From: Ilumatobacteraceae bacterium
GTDB lineage: Bacteria > Actinomycetota > Acidimicrobiia > Acidimicrobiales > Ilumatobacteraceae
Direction: 5' to 3'
Length of the DNA stretch: 64,000 nucleotides
Assembly (NCBI GenBank): GCA_963718705.1
Contig: OY970375.1
Coordinates: 3,461,701 to 3,525,700 of the forward strand
How positions within the stretch are numbered: position 1 is the stretch's first letter; each line of letters opens with the position of its first letter. Under the pieces are notes generated by a model. The model worked only from the letters and a program-made list of their open reading frames with translations. It was not told the origin of the DNA and did not search any database. The translations under genes and the position numbers were made by a program. Shown here in pieces: positions 1 through 11,357 of the stretch.

Positions 1-612
1 GGCCGTTGGCGACCGGGTCGCCGTACGCCTCGGCCACCGGTTGAGCGCCCTCGGTCGGGCCGTAGATGGGGATGCCGGTGACGGTGAACCCCAACGTGCC
101 GAGCCGGTCCACGATGCTGTCGGGCTCGTCGAGCCAGGTCGGCTCGAGCGGCACGGACCATTCGTAGGTCTGTGCCAACAGTGGGTTGGGGGTGATCGCC
201 ACGAACGGGTACGAGATCATGCCGTTCGACTGCACGGTGAGCATCCCGTCGGCACACGTGGCGGTGACCGACGGCGCGTCGTACCCGTCGCCGGCGCCTG
301 GTGTTCCCGCCAGATCGGGGAACGAGTCGGCCGGGCAGTCACCGCCCGCCGGGGTCGTTGTCGGTTCGCTCGCCGCTGTCGTCGTCGCGGTCGTCGGCGC
401 GGTCGTCAGTGCCGTCATCGGTGCCGTCGTCGTGGTTGACGTCGACGGCTCGCTCGTCGAGGCCGTGGAGGTGGTGATCTGGGGAGCAGGAGAGGAGCCG
501 ATGATGCAGCGGCGTCCGCCGTCGAGGTCGAGTCCGATCCACACGCGGCACTGGTGAGGATCGTGATCACGGCGAGCGAGATGAGTCGGCGGGAACTGGT
601 ACCAGTGGCCAT
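1..612 (-). CDS. secreted/lipoprotein-like protein, 5'-partial at window edge (runs off coordinate 1); apparent frameshift between the signal peptide and the Ser/Thr-rich linker
   Basis: The minus-strand reading gives MATGTSSRRLISLAVITILTSAACGSDS, a lipobox-like signal, starting at the ATG at 612. A second minus frame continues as a Thr/Ser-rich linker and then a globular region (…PTEGAQPVAEAYGDPVANG) to position 1. The two frames are not contiguous. Confidence 0.3.
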
Positions 613-888
613 GTGCCGAGGTTGGACGACGGCGCCGAGCGGCGCAACTGCTGCGCCAGTGATCTCACCAGACTTACACCACCCTCGGTACCGCCCGGTC
701 AGCGCACCATCGCGCCGAACCCGCCGAACCGAGAACACCGTCGACGCCGGCCTCGCCCGGATCTCGATGAACCGGAGGATCGACAGGCCCACCGAACGAA
801 CTGCAGACGAATGCGGCACCGAACCGTCGATCGATTCCCACGGCAGCCCTTCCCGAACGCGAAGAAGCCCCCGCAGTCGCAGGGGCCT

Positions 889-913
889 TCAGTGGGCGAG
901 GGGGGACTTGAAC
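889..913. repeat. attL-side direct repeat: 25-bp exact copy of the 3' end of tRNA-Leu(CAG) (tcagtgggcgaggggggacttgaac); extended imperfect similarity 863-913 including a hairpin
   Basis: Identical 25-mer at 18991-19015 inside the intact tRNA gene. The neighbouring hairpins (ccccgcagtcgcagggg here, cccctgctgagcagggg on the right) are also similar. Confidence 0.8.
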
Positions 914-1008
914 TCCGATCGAAGGGGTTTTCCACAGTCCGTCTGGTGTTGTTTCGTAGTGTCTGAGCAGGGCTTTCGCGATTCGCCGTGCTGAACCGTG
1001 TTGACCGC

Positions 1009-1064
1009 TTCTACCCGATTTCTACCCGTCCGGTAGAAGTTCCGGTAGAAGTTTCGGTAGAAGC
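1009..1064. repeat. arm-type repeat cluster: 2 inverted plus 3 direct copies of GGTAGAAG(T/C) (ttctaccc, ttctaccc, ggtagaagt, ggtagaagt, ggtagaagc)
   Basis: Read directly. The same ccggtagaagt motif recurs twice at 18926-18946 just inside the other element end. Confidence 0.7.
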
Positions 1065-1685
1065 CGGACCCGTCGACAACGAACGGAGGGCCGTGCGGCC
1101 GGCTCGCGACGGAGCCGGCCGCTGGCCCATCAGACGTACCGAGCGAGCCGCCAGGTGACGGCCTTGCCGTCGTACGGCGGCATCACGTTGCCCTTGGCGA
1201 TACGGCGCGCTTGTCGTCGGAAACCCGACGACAAGCCACTCCCCGCTCTCAGGGCAGCGCTCGCCTGTGCGAGCGGTGGTTCCGATGGGTACTTGGGAAC
1301 GAGTCAACATGACGTGTTCCTTCCTCCGAAGCCGAGGTTGAAACGAATCTCGGCTCGCCGGTGCTTCCTCTCCTCCAGAGCCGGGCTACTGTGAGGAGTT
1401 CCAAGTGGTCGTCACCGACGATCCGAGCAAGCCCAGGTCGACTTCGGTTGCCTGGGCTTGTTCGTTGTGACCAAGTGGCCACGCCTCTGACGGTAGCCGG
1501 TACGTAACACTTCGTCGGGGATGATGCGGGTTCCAGCGGGTTTGTGATGCCACAAACAATCGCGAATTCGGCGCGAAATCGCGAGGTATCCACCACTAAT
1601 GACACCGATGTGATTTAGGATGGTGCCCATCGGACGAGCGCACGACACACCGCCCACCAGGACGTCCGGCCGAGTTCGGCGAACG

Positions 1686-1842
1686 AGTGACCAAGGCGGT
1701 TCGTCTGGAACCCGCCCTCGATGAGCGACTCAAGTCGGAAGCACGCCTGCGAAACGTCAGCGCCAACCTGCTCATCAACCGGGCCGTCGCCGACTTCCTG
1801 GATCGCCTCATGCCACTGGAGGACGTTCTAAAGACGGCGTAG
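1686..1842 (+). CDS. small ribbon-helix-helix (CopG/Arc-like) DNA-binding protein, 51 aa, GTG start
   Basis: Translation VTKAVRLEPALDERLKSEARLRNVSANLLINRAVADFLDRLMPLEDVLKTA. Beta-strand then two helices pattern typical of RHH antitoxins and regulators. Below the ORF-track size cutoff, read by hand. Confidence 0.45.
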
Positions 1843-2048
1843 TACGCGCTCTCGATCGCCGACGGTTGGACCGCCACCAGGACGGGAACATCCTTCGGAT
1901 CGTCCACAGCCGGAACTGTGTAGCACCCCCTGGTCATCATGCGACCATGAGCAAACCCCGACGTGGCAGCGCAGCGGGTTTCCAACTGCGCCTCGACGGC
2001 ATGGCGCAGGTTCGCGCACCGCTGGCTCAGACCGGGCAGACTACGAGC

Positions 2049-3200
2049 ATGTCCGTCCGTACCGCGGTCTCTCTGTTCTCCGGAGCTGGCGGTCTCGACC
2101 TCGGGATTGAGCGGGCCGGTTTCGTCACGCGCGTGGCGGTGGAGTGGGATCACGACGCCGCGGACACGATGGAGAAGAACGCCTCCGACCATTTCACCGG
2201 CCTCGAATCGGGGTTGTGCGTGGTGACCTGTATCCCCTCGCCACTGGCGACGGGTCGGGGATCTCCACGTCGAGACATTCTTCGAGCGGGGGGCTTCGAA
2301 CGGCGTGAGCGTCCGGATCTCCTCGTTGGGGGCCCGCCGTGCGTGGCCTTCTCGAAGTCGGGTTTCTGGCTCGACTGGAAGCGGGACGGCGACGACCCAG
2401 CTGCAAGCTTGCTGCAGGCATACACGAGAGTGCTGACCGAGGCACGACCGCGGCACTTCATCCTCGAGAACGTCTACGCCCTCACCTTCGACAACAAGGC
2501 CAGTCGGCCCGCATTCGAACGCGCTGCAAACGAGAGATCTCAGAGGCCGGTTACACAGTTCTCGTGGCAAGTGCTCAACGCAGCTGACTTCGGCGTCCCG
2601 CAAGCACGGCCGCGGCTGTTCATCGTCGGGCGCCGCAAAGGCGAGCGGCTGCCGGCGCTTCCCGAGCCGACACATTCGCGGTTCGTGGGAGCGCCGTGCG
2701 CCGAGTAACGGCCGCTGCCAACATGTCACGCACCGGGCAAGCCCTAGCGGGGCTCGTCACCACACCGGAATCTGAGGAGATAGTGCGAGGACGCTGGGGT
2801 CACCTGCTGCCCGGACATCCCGCCCGGCGGCAACTACCTCCACTACACCACCGAGCGGGGGCATCCCGATCCGATCTTCGAGTGGCGCACGCGCTACTGG
2901 TCGTTCCTGCTCAAGCTCGACCCGAACCGGCCGGCCCCGACGATCCAGGCGCAGCCCGGTCCGAACGTCGGCCCATTCCACTGGGACAACCGGCGGCTGC
3001 GGGTGCCTGAACTCAGGCGGCTGTTCACGTTTCCCGATCGACTTCGAGTTCGTCGGCAAGCGGGCGTCGGTTCAGTCCCAGGTTGGAAACTCTGTGCCGC
3101 CGCTGCTCGTTCCGCGTCGCGGAGCAAGTCGCAAACGCTGCTGGCGTCTAGCGCGGACGCCGATCGAGTTCTTGGCGCAGGAGTCGCTCCGCTTCAGGCG
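2049..3200 (+). pseudogene. dcm: DNA (cytosine-5)-methyltransferase (Dcm family) pseudogene, at least 3 frameshifts
   Basis: Motif I FSGAGGLDLG, motif IV GGPPCVAFSKSG and ENV are in one frame (2049-2708). The target-recognition/C-terminal region (IPPGGNYLHYTTERG…ELRRLFTFP) and FPIDFEFVGKRASVQSQVGNSVPPLL (motifs IX and X) lie in two other frames around 2820-3130. Confidence 0.8.
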
Positions 3201-3369
3201 ACTTCTTCCACTTGCGGGCGCTGCTGCGCCAAAAGGCGTAGAAGTCCTGAGCAGCTGTCAAATTCGCCGACGCCTTCAACGATGTCATCGATTCGTTGAA
3301 CGGATCCGATGTACTCGCGCATCGCCGAGGCGCGGGCCTTCGAACCGATGCGCCACGTCTCGTGTGCGA

Positions 3370-3960
3370 CTACCTGAACGTCCGTGATGCGCTCCGGCAC
3401 GGTGGGGTCGAACCGGTAGAGAACAACGATAGAGAGCTGTTCCTCGTAGTTCGCCGAATGGACGCAGGATTCCGGAGAACTTGAGCTGTGGCCACAAGAA
3501 GTAGGTATTGCCGGTGTACAAGGCGATCCGGTTGTTCAGGGTCGTCGGCGCGTTTGGTCTTTGCAGGTTTGATGCGAGCGCACTTGATGTCAACGGCGTG
3601 AGTACCACCGCCGAATGCCTCGCCGCTGAGTTCGAGGTCGGGAAAGGACCGTTCGGTGCCCTCGACGATCGACGCGCCGTCGAGGCTCCCTGCCGCTTCG
3701 CAGAGGTGTCGCCTGAGTTCGATCTCCATCACGTTGGCCAATGCCGCGGGCTCGGTCGGAAGGGGAAGGAGGTGACCCGACTTGGTCAGCGTTTCTCGAA
3801 GCTGACTGGCGCTCTCGGCAGTGATCGGCCAGCCGTGCTCGGCGTCCTCTCTGAACACACCAACGATCGACGGCTTCCATCCTGTGACGACCGATCTGAT
3901 CCACTCCAGCAACGACGACGCCACAGTCGCAGATGCTACGTCACGATCGAGCCGGGCCAT
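3370..3960 (-). CDS. hypothetical protein, possible degenerate HEPN/HepT-like partner of the upstream nucleotidyltransferase
   Basis: It lies immediately downstream of the MNT gene on the same strand, with a 30-bp gap. It contains DRLVHRQY, reminiscent of the HepT RNxLVHxY motif. There is no clean Rx4-6H match and the length is atypical. Confidence 0.25.
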   Translation of the reverse strand: MARLDRDVASATVASSLLEWIRSVVTGWKPSIVGVFREDAEHGWPITAESASQLRETLTKSGHLLPLPTEPAALANVMEIELRRHLCEAAGSLDGASIVEGTERSFPDLELSGEAFGGGTHAVDIKCARIKPAKTKRADDPEQPDRLVHRQYLLLVATAQVLRNPASIRRTTRNSSLSLFSTGSTPPCRSASRTFR

Positions 3961-3990
3961 GTTTCTGCAAGGAGCAGCGTGAGCGGAGTG

Positions 3991-4236
3991 TCACTCGATC
4001 TGCCTCAGGATTCTGCCTTCGCGGATCGCAACTCGCACGACTCCCGGAACACTCGCTTCCTCGTCGATACCCGCTGGGTCGACCACCGTGATGTTGACGG
4101 GGACTGGAAGGTCACGTAGCTCGTTGAGCACGCGAACCGTGGTGTCATGACGGCGGCCGACGATCGGCATGATCACGAGCAGGTCGATGTCTGAGTCGGG
4201 TCCGTCGTCGCCGCGTGCAACCGAGCCGTAGAGCAC
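3991..4236 (-). CDS. minimal nucleotidyltransferase (MNT / pol-beta superfamily, antitoxin-type); the open frame extends upstream to about 4330 without a canonical start
   Basis: …RCDASRVVLYGSVARGDDGPDSDIDLLVIM carries the GSxARGxxxxxSDxDLLV nucleotidyltransferase signature. The first in-frame start is a GTG at 4236. Confidence 0.6.
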   Translation of the reverse strand: MLYGSVARGDDGPDSDIDLLVIMPIVGRRHDTTVRVLNELRDLPVPVNITVVDPAGIDEEASVPGVVRVAIREGRILRQIE

Positions 4237-5249
4237 GACTCGGCTGGCATCGCATCGCTCGACGATTCGGTCGGCGACTCGTGAAGCCCATGCGATCGAG
4301 AGAGCGTCCGTCGTACAGCACCTTGCCGTCGATCAGCTGCACACGCGGAAGTTCCACGCCGACATTGTCGCCTGGACAACTGCCTCCGGCCAGGTCACCC
4401 GTCACGAGTGGCGCGGTGTGTCAACCACATTCAGGTACAGCAACCGACCGAACAGGCTCGCTGTGAAGGCTCGGAACGACATCGCCTCGACCGGACTGCT
4501 CACGACGGCGGCAGCTGGGTCCACGACGATCACGCAAGCAACGTCGAGGGTGCGGCCCTTGACCATCGTGTCCAAAGTCGTCGCGAGTGAAGTCTCGTGA
4601 GGTGGTGTGCGTCTCGCCGGGCCGAACCGGTTCGTCGGCGAACACCGCCTTCAACGACACGCACGCAGCCAAGCCACGGCCTGGGTGGTGCAGGCTCGGC
4701 AAACCGAGTGACTATCCGCCAGCTCTCGCAGGCCTTCGCGAGAACGGCATCAAGGCCCGCCAGACGTGTGCTCAACGTGGTCCGATTCGGACACCACGTC
4801 GATATCGATCCGCGCCAGTGAGTGGTCGCCCACGACGACCTCGACGTCCCACGACCGGCGGGACTGGCCATTCTCATCCATTACCAACCCGTTGTTCGTG
4901 GAGACAAGAGCTGGGAGCGCGGCGTCGGCCACGATGCGCTCGGCGACACGAGCAAGCCAGCGCACGCCTCAGGTCTTGCCGATGGCTCGTCGACATCAGC
5001 TCGTCGACGAGCTGTGTGTAGTTCTTCAGCTCCACTGCCATGAGCACAAATCGTCGCACAGGGCTGTGACACGGTGTCCGCCTGCGGTTGGCTGTCTGCA
5101 CCTCTGCCCTACAGCTCGATCCCGATGCCGCGGCTTGGTGCTTCTATCGGCGGCGGCTTCGGTTCCAGGTCAGCGCCGGCCTCTCGGCCCCATGAGATCA
5201 ACGCTTCGGCGAGTGCATCGCACAGTTCGACGTCGTTGCCGTTGCGCTC

Positions 5250-8200
5250 ACCAAGCACGCCGACTACCGACGTAAGCCTGGCAACAGGAATTCCGTTGAC
5301 CCTTCGCCCAGCCCTGCCAGTCGGTCAGTGCTTCGTCGACCTCGCGTAGTCGGCCCGCCAAACCCGCATGGTCGGACCACGACAGGAGCTGTTCGGTCGG
5401 CGCGATCAGTCGTTCGAGGTTGCGGACCTCCCCGGCGGCCTTGGCGTGTGCGGAGGCCGCCGGTTGCACGAACTGCTCGACCTGAGCCTGCTGCGCGAGC
5501 GCTGCGTCGAGCAGCTGCTTCGTCTCGGCGACGTCACGGCGAGCCGAGCGACGGTGTCGGCCCGTCGATCGCATCTCCCGGTTGTTCGCTGCCCACCACT
5601 GCTCGCGTGCGGCCTGAACGGCGTCGTGTGCCTCGGAGACTGCGGGGCGGTGCGGTGCATACGCTCGGTCAGCTTCGACGAGTTGCTGCCTCGCGGTCGC
5701 CAGACTTGCGCTGAAGTTCGGTCGATCTGCGTGGCGTCCTCGGCTGCTCGTGCGGCGGCCGCGGCGAGTTCTCCGCGGACTCGGATCCTGGAGTGGCTTG
5801 AACCATGACGGGATCTCGCATCTGGGCTGTGGCGCCGGCTGGTGTCGGTGTGTGGCGTGGTCTGCTGCGGCAAGCTCGCGCCGTTGAGTGGTGGCGGGGA
5901 CGTCGACTCGATCGCTGGCGAGGACTCCTTCGAGGATGTCTCGGGCTTGGTCGAGATCGTCGGTCCTCGGTGACGACCAGCATCAGGTTCTCGCTCGTGG
6001 CCGCGGGTGACTCCGACGTACAGGCCCCGCCGAGTGGTCGCTGTGGTGACGAGTTCCGACGCCGATCGTCACCGTGTCGGACTGGTTGCCATGTTCGGTC
6101 GCTGCGTACCCGAGCCGGACATGTTGACGCACGTAGTCGGCTGGCAATCTCGACGGTGCCGCTTCCCAGATGTGACGACACGGTCAGCGCGCCGTCGTCG
6201 TGCACGCCGGTGACAGTCCACAGCTCGCGGTTGCGAACAGGCTCGCCTGCTGGTCGTCACGAGACGGCGATCGTTGCGGCGCGTCACCACGACATCACCG
6301 ACATAGGCGTGTTCTCCGACCACCGATCGCAGATGCCGCCGTGTCGTCGATCTGTCCAGTCTCGATGCGTGCTTCCTGGACGGCTGCGTTGATGGCGTCG
6401 ACGTGTTCGTTGGTCGACGTGGTGATCGCCGCGGTGCCATGCCGGGCGGCGGTGTCGAGCCACATGTCGGCGATTCGTGTGAGGTGGCTGTCGAAGGTGT
6501 CGGCGATGACCCGGTCGTGCTCGAAGTAGGCGTCGAGGCCTCGCGGATCACCACGTCGCAGTTGTAGCGACGCCGCCGCTTCCCACGGCTCGACGAAGCG
6601 GTGGATGCGGTTCAGTTCGTGGCATCGCCCGGTGATGCACAGCTCATGGAACAGGCCACCGCGACCGACGGCCTGCAGTTGGCGATGGTCGCCGATCAGC
6701 GCGAGTCGCCAGTCGTGGCGATCGGCCAGGGCAACCAGTCGGGCCAGAGCACCGGTGCCGACCATTCCGGCCTCGTCGACGAGCACGGTCGTGCCAGCCG
6801 GCAGGCGGTAGCGGTCGAGCGGCGCCCTGTCGTCGCGCTCCCATTCGTGAAGCAGCTTGGCGAGGGTGTCCGAGGCGATGCCGGTCTCGCGTTCCAACAC
6901 CCGAGCAGCCTTCGCTGACGGTGCCACTCCGAACACCTCACGGGCCTGTCGGTCGAGGTCGGTCACCGGCAGCGCGCAGGGTCGTGGTCTTGCCGGTGCC
7001 GGCCGGGCCGACAGCAAGGACGAGACGGTCGAAGCCGGCGACTGCGGCAGCCACGTCCGCCTGCAGCACGTCCAGCCCATCGACATCGACGGTCGTGGAT
7101 GGCCACGGCTCGGCGGCTTGCGCCTCGATCGCCCACGCCAGCACGTACTCCTCCTCGGCCAGCACGTGCTCGCTGGTGAAGTGCGGCGCTGTCGGTTCCA
7201 GCCACATCGATCGACCATCGGATGCTCGGCGTGGCGCAGCTGCGTCGATCGGGATCGAGCTCGACGCACGACTCGATAACTGCGTCGCAGGCACGCTCCA
7301 ACGTCCGTGCCCACTGCTCAGCCGGGATGCCGGGCAGCGGACGTTGGGCATCGCACAGCACGCGCATGACGTCGGCACGCGCTCCAGGTCGACCCGGCGA
7401 CCGACAGCGCCTCGACAGCTTGGGCGATCGTCACTCGTGGCGCCGGTTCGGCGTTGAGCTCATGGCCGACCTCGTTCACACGGTCGATGACGTCGATGGC
7501 AGTCCATCCGACTGCTTCGGCCTCTTGCGTCCACCGTGTCCACAGATCTGCGACACCATTCCCTGTCTTGTGATCACGGGTGTCGGCCGCAGCCTCCCGG
7601 GTCAGCGCCGCCCGCTCCCATCTGGTGGGGTCGCGACCCTCGCGGGTGCGGAACTCGACGAGCTTGTCGGCGAGCGCGGCGTCGACCTGCGAGCTGCGCT
7701 TCGAGAACGAGTCCAACAGTTCAGGTGGAACGCCGGCGATCTCGGATTGACCGTTGACGATCGGACCCCAAGCGACATCGAAGCGGTGGGTCAGTTCGCT
7801 GCGCAGCGCCGATTGGTAGAGACCGCCGAGCATCCGTTGGTGCCGCTTCAGGTAGCGAGCGTCGAGTGCCAACCATCGTCCGTCGAGTGTCTGCACCTTG
7901 GCCGACACGACGGCGTGCGTGTGCAGCTGTGGATCGTCGGCGCGTGATGTCGTTTGCCGGAAGGTGGCGATCGTCAGTCCCTGCGAATCGGGGTGGAGGC
8001 GACGGCCGTCGGCGCGGACTCGTGTCGTCGACCCGTACCGCTCAAGGTGAGCGAGCGCCACCGTCACCGCTGCGTCATGCGCTTCGAGCAGGCGAGGGTC
8101 TTGCGTCAGCGCCCACAGCACGCTCACCGACTTCGGCGCCGAGAAGGTCGCGTCGAATCCGGCGACAGCGCGCACGACGCGGCCATCGGCGAGCGTGCGG

Positions 8201-8422
8201 TCCGCGAGCGGGTAGCCGAGCCGTGTCCCACGAACGGGGTCACGGCCTTCGAGCAGAGCTTGCAGCGCGTCGCCGCTCACCTCGCCACCAAGGCCGAGGG
8301 CGGCCGCTTGGTTGCCGGCCCACACTCCTGCAACCTCACCGGGCGCCCGCGTCAGGTACTTGGTGTAGTAGCTCGCCGTCGCTGCCGCACTCGACGGCGT
8401 ACAGGGTGGTGACCCTCAGCAT
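5250..8422 (-). pseudogene. traA: MobF-family conjugative relaxase/helicase (TraA/TrwC-like) pseudogene, at least 5 frameshifts
   Basis: N-terminus MLRVTTL then AAATASYYTKYLTRAPGEVAGVWAGNQAAALGLGGEV. Relaxase histidine motif RADDPQLHTHAVVS. Walker A GPAGTGKTT (around 6990), Walker B VLVDEAGMV, LIGDHRQLQAVGRGGLF and a C-terminal GDVVVTRRNDRRL all match, but they are spread over at least 4 different minus-strand frames. Confidence 0.8.
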
Positions 8423-8607
8423 GGACTCCCACCTCGCGTGCGGGCACTTGTCTGTATCTCTTGGGGTGTGCGGTTCGGGTAGTGGTTCACGGAAGGGAGT
8501 CCGTCACTCGGCGACGAGGAGTTCGAGTTGGACGGCAGTCGACGCGATGACAACGCCGGCCGACGGGCATGGGTGGCGCGTCGACGGCGCGATGCGCGTG
8601 TCGTCGG

Positions 8608-9156
8608 TCAGTGGTGCGACGACTGACGGCGTCGTTCGGAACGGTGAGTTGGTAGCCGCCGTCGCAGTAGCGGCCGTCCGCGTCGCGTCGCTGCGTTGGC
8701 GTCGCCGAGCCCGGCGGAACGAAGCGTGCGCATCGCTCGATGGGCTGTGTTCTTGGCGACGCCAAGTTCCGCAGCGACCTCGCGAACCGTGGCCGCAGCC
8801 ATCACGTCATCGACCTCGTCGCGCGATGCGGCGACAAGAACCTCGAGCGCGGCCCAGGCAAGCGGGCCGAGGTGCGCGGCGCAGTCATCGCTTGCAGATT
8901 CGCCGATGAGGAGCATCTGCCTGCCGCCCGGAGAGGTCTCACGCCGCCGGTGGATGGTCGAGCGTGGGTCTCGATCAGTCGGACCAGCGCCGCCCGCGGG
9001 ACGCGCTTCTGCGATCCCGAACCTCACGAATGGCAGACCGGTGGCGCCCGAGGAGCACTGCCATTCGACCGTGAGTTCGTACGCCTTCGAGCGACCGAGC
9101 TGCAGCACTTTCGCCGCTTGCTCGACGGTCAGGAATGGCGGCAGATCGTCCAGCAC
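8608..9156 (-). CDS. xis: DNA-binding protein with an N-terminal excisionase/AlpA-type HTH (LTVEQAAKVLQLGRSKAYELTVEWQ…GLPFVRFG) and a second C-terminal HTH-like segment
   Basis: The Xis/MerR-type HTH signature is in the first 48 aa. A second helix-turn-helix-like stretch, VREVAAELGVAKNTAHRAMRTLRSAGL, follows. It may be two fused genes. Confidence 0.5.
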   Translation of the reverse strand: MLDDLPPFLTVEQAAKVLQLGRSKAYELTVEWQCSSGATGLPFVRFGIAEARPAGGAGPTDRDPRSTIHRRRETSPGGRQMLLIGESASDDCAAHLGPLAWAALEVLVAASRDEVDDVMAAATVREVAAELGVAKNTAHRAMRTLRSAGLGDANAATRRGRPLLRRRLPTHRSERRRQSSHH

Positions 9157-9214
9157 GGTTCAACACCTCCGAATGTCGTATAGCAGAGTGCAATGGTCGC
9201 GCGATGTGTTACGG

Positions 9215-9600
9215 TTGTCAAGCACAACACTGAGCAATGGAGCACCATGGTCCGATCTCGCAAGCGAGCGCAGCCAAGACCCCGAGCCTCGGCCTCGCCC
9301 CGCCGACGCGCTCGACGTCAACGCGGTCGTGTCCTACAACGTCAAGGCGATTCGTGAGCGCCGGGGTTGGACCCAGCAGTCGGTGGCCGAGCGGCTCAGC
9401 CGCCTGACCGGCCACCAGCTTCCTCAGGCTTCGATCTCGGCGATGGAGCGGGGGTTCGACGGCGAGCGCCGAAGGCGCTTCGACGCGCACGAGCTGTACC
9501 TGCTGTCGGTTGTGTTCGATGTGCCGATCGCCTACTTCTTCGTCCCGCCGCCCGGCACCGGCATCGAACGTGCTCGCCGACACCGATCGCCCGGTGACCG
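9215..9600 (+). CDS. XRE-family HTH transcriptional regulator (boundaries uncertain; ORF continues as Arg-rich junk)
   Basis: ALDVNAVVSYNVKAIRERRGWTQQSVAERLSRLTGHQLPQASISAMERG is a canonical lambda-Cro/XRE HTH. Only TTG and GTG starts are available in frame. Confidence 0.4.
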
Positions 9601-10013
9601 AGCTGTACGCCGCGCTACTCGGCACAGGAGTGGCAGCTCGAACCGCTCGACGAGCGCCTCGCCGAGATCCGGATCAACAACCCCGAGGAGACCGACCCGG
9701 TGCTCGCCGCCGTATTCGGCGGGCCCGAGGAGGCGGCGCGGCAACTGGCACGAGAGCTTCCGTACATGGCGCAAGAAGCGGCTGCGTCGAGGTCGAGCGC
9801 GAGTACGGCGATCGTCTCGACGAGGTCGCCGTGTTCCTCAAGGAGTTCGCCGACAAGGTCGAGGCGCTCGGGCCGCGGGGGCTACCTCGAGTCGATGTCG
9901 CACCGCGACGGGTGAGACGACGCTCGAGGAGCAGGAGATCGAGTCGGCCGACGAGGCCACGACTGAGGAGATCCTGGAGCGGTTCCGCGAGTCGGATGCG
10001 GAGGAGTAGCGCG

Positions 10014-11352
10014 ATGCGTGGGTCGGTGGTGAAGAAGGGCGACAAGTACTACGTCAAGATCGAGCTCGACCCCGACCCGCTCACCGGCCGGCGTCGCCAG
10101 AAGTGGCACTCGGGGTATCCGGACGAAGCGGGAGGCCGAGAAGGCTCGGGTCGATCTGCTGTCGAAGTTCGATCGGGGCGAGTACGTCGAGCCGCCGCAG
10201 CAGACGCTCGCCGACTACCTGACCGAGTGGCTGCGGGCGATCGAGCACACCGTGCGCCCGTCGACGTTCGACTCGTACGAGCGCAACATGCGCAACCACG
10301 TGATCGCCCACATCGGCACGACCCGGCTGGCGAAGGTCGACGCCGGCGTGCTGAACGGCCTGTACGTGCAGCTGCTCACCTCGGGTCGCCGACTTCCGTC
10401 GAGGACAGGGCGCGGCTACTCCCGTGAGGTCGTCGCCCGCGCGACTCGACCTGCGGGCCGAAGGCCTGTCGCTCGCAGCGACGGCCGAGCAGTTGCAGAC
10501 CGAGTTCGACGAGGCGGCGCGCATCGACGAAAGACACGCTCGCCTCGCTGCTTCGTCGGCAGTCGGAGCGACGAGCGGTCGACGAGTTGCCCGATGGTCT
10601 CGACCGTCGCACCGTCAACTACGTCCACACGATCCTCCACCGAGCGTTCAAGGACGCGGTCCGCTGGGGCCGGCTTGGCGCGCAACCCAGCCGACGCAGC
10701 GGACCCACCGCGAGCCGGCCAGAAGTCCGACGGCGTTCACGCGTGGGAGGCCGCGACGCTGCGAACGTTCCTCTCGAAATCGCGCGAGTCAGGCGATCGC
10801 CTCCACGCGCTCTGGGTGCTGCTCGCAACGACCGGCATGCGTCGGGGCGAGGCGCTCGGCCTCCGGTGGAAGGACGTCGACCTCGAGACGGGCCGACTCA
10901 GCGTCGTCCAGACGATCACGCAGACGCGCAGCAAGGTCACGATCGGCGAGCCGAAGACGTCGAGTGGCCGTCGCTCGATCGCTCTCGACGAATGCGACGG
11001 TCGGCGTGTTGCGCGATCACCGCAAAGCGATGCTCGAGGAGCGCATGCTCGTCGGCCCCGACTTCTCCGACGAGGGCCTGGTGTTCCACCACCCCGACGG
11101 TGCCTGCCTCCGCCCCACGCGGTCAGCGCCCAGTTCCTCCGTCGGGTCGTCCAGTGCGGCCTGCCGAGGCTGACCCTCCACGGCCTCCGCCACACCTGGG
11201 CGACGCTCGCTCTCGAGCAAGGCATCCATCCAAGGGTCGTCCAGGAACGCCTCGGCCACTCCACGATCGCCATCACGTTGGGCATCTACAGCCACGTCAG
11301 CCCGACCTTGCATGACGAGGCGGCCGCGTCAGTTGCCAGCCTGCTCCTGTGA
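10014..11352 (+). pseudogene. int: tyrosine recombinase/phage-type integrase pseudogene, at least 5 frameshifts
   Basis: N-terminal arm-binding domain MRGSVVKKGDKYYVKIELDPDPLTGRRRQKWHSGY, then RTKREAEKARVDLLSKFDRGEYVEPPQQTLADYLTEWL in the +1 frame. NYVHTILHRAFKDAVRWGRL in frame 0. Catalytic box I GMRRGEALGLRWKDVDL. ATVGVLRDHRKAMLEERMLVGPDFSDEGLVFHH in frame 2. HGLRHTWATLALEQG (HxxR) and LGHSTIAITLGIYSHV (catalytic Tyr) in frame 1. Confidence 0.88.
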
Positions 11353-11357
11353 GCATG

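Noticed and set aside
3508-4119. 203-aa plus-strand ORF overlapping the MNT and HEPN-like genes
   Set aside because: No motifs. It sits antisense to a nucleotidyltransferase signature on the other strand and is likely a shadow ORF.
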